Shown here piece after piece: positions 36,401-47,280 of a DNA stretch of 64,000 bases. This DNA is from Azolla caroliniana (taxonomy: Eukaryota > Plantae > Polypodiophyta). The stretch's first letter is position 1; every line of letters starts with the position of its first letter. The position numbers and the translations under genes are program-made. A model generated the notes under the pieces. That model was given only the letters and a program-made list of their open reading frames with translations. It was not told the DNA's origin and searched no databases. The stretch is from NCBI GenBank assembly GCA_043228905.1, contig JBHGNT010000018.1, positions 12,772,001 through 12,836,000 on the forward strand, in the 5' to 3' direction.

Positions 36401-38341
36401 GGAACCCACCTCCACTGATCCGAAGTTTCTTCTGGGTCTCATCCATGAAGGCATGTCCGATATCCATGGAATTCCGAAGTGTCGGATCCCCCGAGACTTC
36501 TTTCCTCTTTTGTTCGCTATCTGCGGGTAACGGTGCCGCGGCCGGTTTCACTTTCTTCTCCACGGTCTTGTATTTCGTACTTACCATTGCTTCTTCTTTG
36601 CGGAGCGCATCTGGCCCCATTTTCACAATGATCTCGTACATCTCGACCGACTCCACCGGAATTACCCGGTTTCCCTGGCTTGTATCTTCTGCGAGCTCTT
36701 CAAGCCGTTGTAGCTAGCACGGGTTCTTTGATGTTACCGATCCGAACCGGAGTCTCCGTAGTTGCACGTGCCCAGTGTGGCTTTGTGTAGTGAGAATTTG
36801 GTATTTCGTCCTCCAATTCGGTATCATTCATTAGAACGGTATTTGCATTCACCCTTGGAGCGTTCTCCTCCGTACTTTGCCTTTTTCTCTTCACGAGATC
36901 CACAAGAAGATCGTGGAACTCCTTCGCTATTCCAAGTAATTCTCGAAGCGAAAAATCTACCCGGCTATCGAGGATTCTCTCCTCGAACACCTTTTTCAAG
37001 TCCGTTTGTTGTTCGATGTCCGAGGCGAGCTTGAATGCCGGAATCGTTTTTCCTTTCCCTCTTCCGTCGGAGTTCCAACTCTCCGGTGTCTTCGATGGTC
37101 CAGCCGCATCCTCCGTCTGTCGCCACTTCTCGTCCACATATACCTCATGTAATTGACATAGCGCGTATACGCTATTCTTATCGACGGGGCACTCCCATCC
37201 CGTAGCTTCCCGGATGCCTTCCGCGGTGCTTCGGATCTCGTTAGAGTCGGTTTTCTCGGTGTTTTCTAGCACTTCCGGCCAAAAAGACACGTATTCCTGC
37301 GGTTGTCGCGTAATTGCTCTTCGCCACTATATCCTCCTCTAGGACCTTCTTCATGCCGCCTTTTCGGACCGGCTTCCGAGAGTCCATCGAATGAATATGA
37401 TTTCCCTCGTAGTAGATAAGATCTTGTTGTAGCGCTTCCTTGTGCTCGTCGCAATCCCTCCGATCATGTTCGGTGCTATCGCACCATATGCATCGACGGT
37501 CCATATACTTGGAACTTGTGGGAGGGTCATCCGACTTCTTCACCATCGCGATTTTTAGATTCTCCATCTCCTTCAGCAACTGCTCCACCGTAGTTGCGTC
37601 GATTCCCTTCTCAGTCGTAGCTTCCCGAGCCCGCGGTTGATGGTCTTTCGATCCGGATCTCGGTTTCAGAATCGGTTCCGAAACCCTCTTTTCTTCGTTG
37701 GCAAGCCATTGCCCCCTCTTTGTGTATCGCGTGATGATATCCCGCACGCTTTCCCATGTTTCAATGAGGCCACTCTCGGTAGTCGTGTCCTCTAGAAGCA
37801 CTCCAAGATCCTTCCGGTCCCGGACGTCTACGGCTCGTAAGAACATGATAATTTTGTCCGGTGCGAGGATAGCTTGATATCTCACAGACAACCTCCCGAA
37901 CCGACTTTCGAATGCCGAAAACACATCGAGGACCTTCATACCCTTGTCCGGCGTATCCACCCAATCCTCGAATCCTCTCCGCGTTGCCTTAGAGGAGTCC
38001 TCGATAGCGAACGTGGTCTTTAGCGCCTCTTCAAACGCTTCCCACGTCAGATTTTGTTGTCGTAGCCCGTGGATACTTGCTTGAAGCCCGTCGATAGCCA
38101 CCTGGTTGAAGGATGCCACTTGCAGTCCTTCCGAAATCCCGCACCGTAGCATTTCCGCCTTGTAGTCCCGAAGATAGCGCGATACGTCCTTCCCGTTGAA
38201 TTGCCCGATCCGTTGCACAAGCTGCTCTACTGCCGCCACTATCTCCAACATCGCACGTTGTTCTTGAAGCATCCGCTCGAACATCATCATCATGTTGTTA
38301 GCCTTCGGTTGATTTTCCATCTCCTTGCCACCCGTGTTCAT
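33485..38341 (-). pseudogene. gag-pol of the Ty3 at 32536-39249, fragmented; protease region apparently deleted
   Basis: gag with CIWCDSTEHDRRDC; RT DLYSGYDQF, LPQGTMNSV, FLDDIPMKG; RH VDTSPTGIG; INT HESDWAGHRG, YNPEANGKIERGH, WFGPY. Confidence 0.9.
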
Positions 38342-38354
38342 GTCGGGTTCACCA
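38337..38354 (-). promoter_or_regulatory. Primer-binding site for tRNA-Trp, overlapping the gag ATG
   Basis: Plus strand TTCATGTCGGGTTCACCA vs plant tRNA-Trp 3' end TTCACGTCGGGTTCACCA (recalled; 17/18), 4 nt from the LTR. Confidence 0.8.
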
Positions 38355-38840
38355 CTTGTGTCGTGCCTTTCGGCTCCGGATCGTTGCGTTAGTCGGGTGG
38401 GAACCGCTGGGGTTTTGGGCTAGGAGGAAAGAAAATTCTAAGGCAATTAAGAATATGAAATATATTGTACAAAAGAAAGATATGAAAAACTCGTGAATCC
38501 CACGAGTATAGTGTATTAGTGAGTACTCAAATTAAGAGAGAAAAATAGTTAGCAAACTCGTGGATCCCACGATTATATTATATTAATCAACCTTTGTAAA
38601 ATAATCAACAACCTCTATACATCTTTCTCTCTTCCTTATATAGTGTTGGAAGAGTCTAAGTTTATCACATGCAAGCATCATACTTTTCCTATCTTTAGTT
38701 TTCATGCACACTATATGTGCATGATTAGCTTTCTATCTCATCTTTTCTTTTAACTCGAGTGTCTATGCATGAATAACTTTTTGTACCATGCATGTCTAGA
38801 ATATTTACATGGGATAAAGTTTAGTAACTTTACAATTATA

Positions 38841-38912
38841 ATACACTAGTATAATGGTAAGGCTTAACATTATTAACATGGAGGTGCAAGGTTCGAATCT
38901 TGCCCTATGCAT
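38841..38912 (+). ncRNA. tRNA-like module in the 5' LTR with intact A and B boxes, antisense to the element
   Basis: TAGTATAATGGTAAGG ... GCAAG-GTTCGAAT-CTTGC hairpin. Confidence 0.65.
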
Positions 38913-40684
38913 GTAATATATAATTTTAAACTTTCTTCTATTAACAAATATGTCTCTTCATCTAGTGAGAGACTCTCACCGGCCTTCTTCATCCGGCTCT
39001 TGCCAGTTCTGCTTCATCCGGTTCTCGCCGGTTTTCTTTATCCGGTTCTTACCGAATCCTCCTTACCGGTCCTCTTTGTCTGTTTCTCACCAACTCTCAC
39101 CAACCTTCTTCATCCGGCTCTTGCCGGGTCTCCTTACCGGTTTCGGTCCTCACCGGTTCTTCCTTCCGGTTCTCACTGGGTACTCCATATCCTATCCGGA
39201 GAAACCAAAAATGTAATTTTTCACGTAGTGTGCGAATTACACTACGACAACGTATTCATTCCAAATTGAAATCTGGGGGGTTGAACCATGTATACTTGTT
39301 CCTCAAGATCACCTTGCAAGAATGCGCTTTTCACATCCATTTGATGTAGATGCCACCCCTTCGCGGCTACCACCTCATGCAAGACACGGACGGTCGTCAT
39401 CGTCACGACCGCCGTGAACGTCTCATCATAATCGATGCCACGTTGTTGCGCGTAGCCCTTTGCCACTAACCGGACCTTGTACCTGTTGATGGAGCCGTCG
39501 ATGTTGTATTGAACCTTGTATACCCACCGGCAACTGATCGGGTTCACTCCTTTCGGTACATCCACTAAATCCCAATCTCATTTTCCGTGAGTGTGTGCAT
39601 CTCTTCCTCCATAGCGGCATGCCAATTTGCGTCCTTCGTTGTTTCTACGTAACTCTCCAGCTCACGCACTGCCGCCACTTTCTTCATGTACGCATAATGA
39701 TGTGCCATATACTCATTATACCCATACCTCTTTACAGGGTTCTTTTGACGTGTCGATCGACGTAACTTCTGGTTAGCCGATTTCAAGGCCCTCTTGGCCG
39801 GCTTGGACTTCTTCTCTAAAGGTCCGTCTTCATTCTTTTCAGGGTCGGATTCGCTCCGATCCGACTCATCTCTGCCAATGTCGTATTCTGGCATCTTCTT
39901 CTTTCCCTTCTCTTTGTGTATCAACCGTCTCTTCGGTTCCTTGCACAGGGAAAGCATGGTTGAGTCTCCGCTACTCGCCAGCTCTTCCTCTGATTGGTCA
40001 TTCCGACTCAGTCGGCCCACTTAGCTGGAATGAGATCGGACTCTCATCTAGAGTACCGAATCCTTCATCATCTTCTGCTCGGATCGGTTCCGGCTCACTG
40101 GCCTCATCTTCTGGAATCGGGTCAAAGTCGGTCGAAGCTGGTAGAGAGTACCATGATGCTAACTCATCAAATTCGACATCTCGGCTCACTCGAACTTGTT
40201 TTGTTCAGGAGTTATAGCACTTCTCCGACATCGGGTCCAACTTTCTCCACTTCTCATCCGGCACATGCACATATGCAATGCTACCGAATATCCTAAGGTG
40301 CCTTAGATTTCACTTCTACCCAAAATACAGCTCATGTGCTGACACCTTATCCCCAATCCGGTTTTGGATGTAGACGACCATTTGAACTGCCTCGGCCTAG
40401 TAGAACTTGGGCATGCTCTTCTCCTCTAGCATTGCTCGTGTCGCGTCGACAATCGACTGGTTCTTTCTTTCGGCCACACCATTTTGTTCCGGTGTGTTGG
40501 GAAATCGGTCCCTCCGGATGGGATCCGGTTATGAATGAAGTGGACCCGGTGAGAACCGGAAGAGATCCGGAAACCGGATCGGACAGACCCAGTGAAAACC
40601 GGATGAGAAGACATATTTGTAAATATGTTTTGAGTAAGCCTATTGAGGCTATATTTGTAAATAGCCCTAAGTTCATAAAAGTAT

Positions 40685-43600
40685 TGTTGAGAATCAAGCT
40701 CAACTTGGTCTAGTGTGTGAACTCACCTTGAGAGTGAAGAGACACTCCAACGGTCAAGAGTCACCATTATGTCACCACTTTGTATTCTAGCATTTAGTAT
40801 GAGTCATAGAATCATATTCTATGACACATAACTTATGAGCTTTCACATTCCCCATGGTCCATGAGGCTTGTAGTTAATGAAGAGAGAGGGTGACTACATA
40901 AAGCACCCTCCTCCCACCTTGTATAATGTTGAGTCTTTCTCCTTTGCTAATATACTTAACCTTGCGTATACTCTGTGTGTGTGTGTCTCGCTCTCTATCT
41001 CATACACACAGTTCACACCTATTCCGCTTCACAAGAATCCATCTCTTGATTCTTTACATGGTATCAGAGTGATTTAGTAGCTCGATCTAGCCCATTCGCC
41101 TCATCGTGATCGTGTGTTGTGCTCCACGCCGACGACCAAGAACCGGCTCATCGCTATCGTAGCTTCGCTACATAGCTCGCATTCGAAGAGAGAAGAAGAA
41201 GAAGAAGAATCGACATAATGAATACTCAAATGGGGAGCGCTCTCCCTACCGAGAAGTTGGATCGAAACAACTTCGCATCTTGGGAGTACAAGATGCACCA
41301 TTACCTTGTCGGACAAGGCTATTGGAGCTACATCAAAGGAGCGCATGAAGACTGACCGGCCGAAGTGGCTCCCGGATACGCGACATGGGAGCAAGCCGCA
41401 AGCCGCGAGATGTATTGTTTGGAGACATGTGTTCACGACCACATGCTCAGTTACATTCGAGAAGCCAAGACGCCGAAGGAAGCGTGGGAAAATCTACGAA
41501 AGATTGTCGCTGCCGACACGACCGCGAGGAAGCTTCAACTCCGCCAAGAGTTGAACAACATTCAACAAAGGGACATGTCCATCACGACATACACCTTGAA
41601 GATCAAGGAGCTTTGCGACTCGCTCGGCTCAATAAGCGTAAGCATAGATGATGATGAGATGGTGCAAATATGCCTCGATGGCCTCGCACCACGGTTCGGC
41701 GCGATGCGAACCGCCGTTCTAGCACGGGAGAAATCTCCCTCCTTCTTTGAGCTCCAATCAATGCTATTGGTCGAAGAAAACCACGTGCGTACAAGGAGCA
41801 ATGAGTCGGAAGGCCACATGCTCTACACGCACTCTAATGGAGGAAGAGGACGCGGACGAGCGAGAGGCCGCTTCGGCCAAGGACAAGGCGGACGAGGTCC
41901 GACCTACGACAACAACTCCTAATTTCGGCCGCAAAACGGAGGCCAACAAGGAACCTTCGCAAGAAGGGGGAGCTTCCACTCCGGCCCGAGCCGTCAAAAC
42001 GCAACCGAATGCGGATATTGCGGAAAGCTTGGCCACCACGAAGAAGAGTGTCGAAAGAAGATGCGTGAATCGGCTTCCACAAGCCGACAACTCACAAATT
42101 ATGCGCACAATTCCGACTACGCAGAGTATAGCAGAATGTATGGTCACAAATCCGACTACGAGGATCGTGGCGGAATGTACGCATACAACTCCGACCGTGG
42201 CGGAATGTTCATGATGAAACATAGAGCAAACTCTATGTCGGCCTCTACCTCAACTAGTGCCCTCAATCTGGAGGACGTATAGTTTGTTGACTACGGAGCC
42301 TCAAACCATATGACATCCCATAAAGAATGGTTTCATGAACTTCGAGAGCCTGAGCGACCCGGTTATCTTGAAACCGGAGATGACACTACGCACCCGATTC
42401 GGCACATCGGCAATGTTCCGTTCGGCGAAAGAGGTAAGCAAACATACATTAAAAATGTCTTGCATATTCCCACCATCACGAAGAATTTGGTCTCGGTTGG
42501 CCAAATGGTTGAGTAAGGGATGCAAGTACGATTCGACCAAGAAGGGTGCTTTATCGAAAAAGAAGGCTGAATCATCGCACGCAGAAGAAGAGAGGGCCGG
42601 ATGTTCATTCTCGATTCGCACGAGATGAAATCCGCCATGTTCGCGAAAAGCACAAAAGCCGACTCCGACATAGAGCTATGGCATAAGCGAATCGGCCACA
42701 TCAATCGCAACAAACTCAAAGCAATGAAATCGAAAGGAGTCGTCATCGGACTCCCGACATTCAAAGAGACGGAGATTGAAGGTGTATGCGAAGCGTGCCA
42801 ATTCGGCAAGCAACACCGACACCCATTTCCGAAGGAGCGGAACGTGAGCAAAGGCGTACTCGACGTAATTCATTCCGATGTATGGGGTCCGGCTCAAACG
42901 GCGACATTTGGCGGATGCCGATATTACATGCTCTTCATCGACGACTTTTCCAGGCACACTTGGATCTATCCGATGCGGCAAAAGAGCGAAGTGTTCAGAC
43001 ACTTCCAAAAATTCAAGAATGAAGTCGAGAAAACCACGGGCCGACATGTACGTTGTCTTCGATCGGATGGCGACAAGGAGTACTTCTCGGACGATTTCAC
43101 GGCGTATCTCTGAAAGGAAGGAATTCGGCGAGAATTCACTTGCCGACACACTCCGCAACAAAACGGGGTAGCCGAGCGCAAAAATCGGCACATCCTCGAA
43201 GTAGCACGGGCAATGATGAATGAGAAGCATATGCCCAAGTCTTATTGGGCCGAAGCTGCAAATACGGCCGTCTACCTAATGAACCGGTGCACAACATCCG
43301 GCGTGCACGAGGTCACTCCGCACGAAAGATTCTTCGGAAAGAAGCCAAACCTATCACATGTTCGGATATTCGGCTTCATTGTGTACGTGCACATCCCCGC
43401 CGAGAAGCGTCAAAAGCTCGACCCGAAGTTGGAGAAATGTATCCTCGTAGGATACTCACTGGAGCAAAAGGGGTACAAGTGCTACAACCCCTCAACTCGA
43501 AAATCTCGAGTAAGTCGAGACGTCGTGTTTGATGAGTCTGCATCCTTGTACGCACCAAAGACAACTCCGACTCCGACTCCGCTCGACCCGGACTCCGCCG

Positions 43601-46213
43601 AACAAGAGATAGAGGATGAAGATCGCCTTACGCGCATGTTCGAAGAAAGTCCGATCACGACCTGACTGAGCGGACCACAAGAGCCTTTGAGCGATCAAAG
43701 CACATCACGACCTAGCCCGAACATGGACAAAGGCAAGGTGAAAATGTCGGAATACGAAGACGATCGCTTCAACAACAATGAGTCAACTCACTCACTCGAC
43801 AATGAGTTTGGCGGCTTCGATGTACCAATCAGAGCTAAGAAAGCCCTCATCTCTGCAAATGAAAAGCTCTCCCGATCCACCCGTGAAAAGAACCCCATAA
43901 GCCGATTCGGCTACAACGATTATATGGCGTACCATTACGCCTTTATGATGAAGGTAGCGATAGTACGAGAGCCGGAAACCTTTTCGGAAGCCGCGAAAGA
44001 CCCGCGATGGATCGAAGCAATGAACGAGGAGATGCAGGCACTACGGAAGAACGAGACGTGGGATCTCGTTCCCACCTCACCACACAAAAAGGCGATCAGA
44101 TGCAGATGGATCTACAAGGTGAAGTATAACGTTGATGGCTCCGTAAACCGCTACAAATCTCCACTCGTAGCGAAAGGATACGCTCAGACGCATGGCGTCG
44201 ACTACGAAGAGACCTTTGCCCCGGTGGCAAAGATGACAATGGTGCGGACCGTAATTGCGCTTGCCGCAGCGAAAGGGTGGCACCTCCATCAAATGGACGT
44301 CAAGAATGCCTTTCTACAAGGAGAATTAGAAGAGGAGGTGTACATGATACAACCACCCGGCTTCAACTCGAGCACCCATCCGAAAGCGGTTTGCCGACTC
44401 AAGAAGCCACTCTACGGCCTCAAGCAAGCACCGCGTGCTTGGCATTCGAAGATAACGCAATATCTTCATCAAATTGGCTTCCATATGTCAAAATCGGACA
44501 ACTCCCTCTACATACGAAGCGATTCCGCAAGTCCGATCATCATCATTTTATATGTGGATGACCTAGTCATTGGAGTGAGCATCTCATTGAAATCAATAAA
44601 GTCAAATCCCTCCTTTCCGACAAGTTCGAGATGACGGACATGAAGGAGCTCCACTACTTCCTCAGCATCGAGGTAATTCGGACTCCGGCCAGAATCATGA
44701 TCTCTCAACGGCACTACATCCTCAACTTGTTATAAAAGTTCGGGATGGCTGAGTGCAAATCCGTGGCAACCCCGCTCGATCGTAATCTCAAACTAGATGC
44801 GAACTCCGGCACCAAAGCGTGTGAGCAAACTCAGTATCGGCAACTCATCAGGAGTCTCATCTACCTCACGATCACACGACCCGATCTCAGTTATCCAGTT
44901 GGTCTCCTTAGCCAATTCATGCAAACACTGCGTGATACTCACTTGGATTGCGTTAAGTGAGTTCTATGCTACGTGAGCGGCACAATGGATTGTGGCATCC
45001 TCTACAAGACCGCAATGCCAATACGACTCGAGGGGTACACAGACGCCAATTGGGCCGGCTACAAAGTTGATAGAAGATCAACCTCCGGATTTGTTTTCTC
45101 CCTCGGCAGCGGAGCAATATCCTAGAGTAGCAAGAACCAGCCTATCGTCGCTCTTTCGAGTACAGAGGCGGAATCAGGAGCGCGGCCGTAGCTGCATGTG
45201 AAGCCGTATGGCTCAAGAGGATTTTGAAGGATCTGGGTGTACCCATCAAGGATCTGACTTCCCTTTACTGTGACAACATGAGAAGTATCTATCTGGCTTG
45301 GAACCCGGTGTTCCACACGCGGGCAAAGCACATCGAAGTGCACTATCACTTCATCTGAGAGCACGTTCTGGTTGGCGATGTCGACCTACAACACATTAGC
45401 ACCAATCTTCAAACAACTGACATCTTCACTAAAGCCTGAGGAGCCGACAAGCTATGGCAATTCATGACCAATCTCAGATTGACGATCCCTGACCTGCCAA
45501 GCTTGAGGGGGAGTACTGAAGACACTACGCAATAACGCGTGGATTCTGCAACCACCCAACAAAACAGTGAAGAGCCGATCTACCGCGCAAAGCCGCGAAG
45601 AAAGACGCAAGCCGAAGCACAGACTTCGCAACTACGCACGCAGGCCGAAGCACAGACTTCACAACTACACACGCAAGCCGAAGCACAGACTTCGTAACTA
45701 CGCACAATGCAAGCTGGAGCACAAATTCCACAACTCCGCATAAAGCGAGCCGATACGTGTCGACACGGACTCCGGAACGCGAGTTGAAGTGGATTTCGGA
45801 TACCGTCTAAAACCGACCCGACTTGAGCTTGACGGGGCGTGTTGAGAATCAAGCTCAACTTGGTCTAGTGTGTGAACTCACCTTGAGAGTGAAGAGACAC
45901 TCCAACGGTCAAGAGTCACCATTATGTCACTACTTTGTATTCTAGCATTTAGTATGAGTCATAGAATCATATTCTATGACACATAACTTATGAGCTTTCA
46001 CATTCCCCATGGTCCATGAGGCTTGTAGTTAATGAAGAGAGAGGGTGACTACATAATGCATCCTCCTGCCACCTTGTATAATGTTGAGTCTTTCTCCTTT
46101 GCTAATATACTTAACCTTGCGTATACTCTGTGTGTGTGTGTCTCGCTCTCTATCTCATACACACAGTTCACACCTATTCCGCTTCACAAGAATCCATCTC
46201 TTGATTCTTTACA
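40685..46213 (+). mobile_element. Full-length Ty1/copia with 374-bp LTRs (40685-41058, 45840-46213); ORF broken by many stops
   Basis: TSD AGTAT (40680-40684, 46214-46218); PBS TGGTATCAGAG 41059-41069; about 4 LTR mismatches counted by eye; gag, INT, RT and RH motifs. Confidence 0.96.
45585..45725 (+). repeat. ~33-bp tandem repeat in the Copia 3' UTR
   Basis: CGCAAGCCGAAGCACAGACTTCGCAACTACGCA, 3 full copies plus partial copies. Confidence 0.85.
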
Positions 46214-47280
46214 AGTATAAATATGACTTAGGGCAATCACTTTATGTGTGGTTGTCATATTATGTATAACTACTGTACAGACAAAGAGTGAGTGAGAGCG
46301 AGAGAGCAGCTACGAGCACTTTCTGTTGTAACCGCCTTCTGACGAAGATCGCGAGCATGAGGTCGTTGCCTCTGTGTCTCCTCTTTGTATTTCCTCACAT
46401 ATAGTGATAGTTGGAGTCCGTGGGCTCCCGTGGTTTTTTTTCCCTACAAGGGTTTTCCACGTAAATATTCTGTGTACTCTCTACTTCCCATTTCTGTGTT
46501 TCATTCCCATTGCTGTGATTCAAGACTCGGTTGTGGCCGAGCAATATTCCACGCTATTCTTCACACGGTGTGTATCTACAACTTAATTCTCTTTGAATTC
46601 CCCTATGTTGCAGATAACTATTGAATTGGCTGGAAAAGTATTATTTTCCGCCATCCGACCGTAGGCACTTGATCTTCCTCTCCGTTTCCCATTCGACCAT
46701 ACTTTGCAGGTTCTGGAAACAATCGAAAACTTTGCTTTTCCTTTCAATTAGGTAGATCCATGTGTGCCGGCTATAGTCATCAATGAAGGAGACGAAATAT
46801 CGGCTTTGCCAACACTAACGTTCTATGTCGGTCCCCATAAATTTGAATGTATTATATCGAGCTTGTTATGGCTCCGGTTTCTTTTGGTGGGGAATGGAAT
46901 CCGGTCTTGCTTCCCAAGCTGGCAGGCTTCACAAATTTGGGCCTTTCGGCCACTAAATTTCTGCAATCTGAAAACAACTTGTTTCGATTACAGGTCCTGA
47001 AGCCTCCGGTAATTGACGTGGCCAATCCGCTTGTGCCACAGATCGATATCTGACTCTATCTTCTAACCCTTTGCGAATAAGGCGGTGCCTATGTCGTTGG
47101 TGTTGAGGATGAACATCCTCCCATCCCGGCGCCCTTGCAAAATAATCTGGTCCTCTTCCTCAATGAAGCACCTGAGGTGCGTAAACCACACTTGCATCCC
47201 CTGGTTGACGATCTGTCCGACCGACACCAGGTTCTTTGTGATTGTCGGAACATGTAGTACGTTCATCAGCTTCCCCTATT

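Larger units (their letters stand above)
32536..39249 (-). mobile_element. Full-length, decayed non-chromovirus Ty3/gypsy; LTRs 32536-33429 and 38359-39249; tRNA-Trp PBS
   Basis: TSD ACGT (32532-32535, 39250-39253); LTR pair of ~890 bp; gag and pol ORF fragments. Confidence 0.95.
40495..46565 (+). mobile_element. Solo LTR (~540 bp: 40495-40684 + 46219-46565) inserted in the host Copia integrase and itself interrupted by another Copia
   Basis: TG...CA ends; TSD CGGTG (40490-40494, 46566-46570); the host reading SCRYT|PEQNG is restored on removal. Confidence 0.88.
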
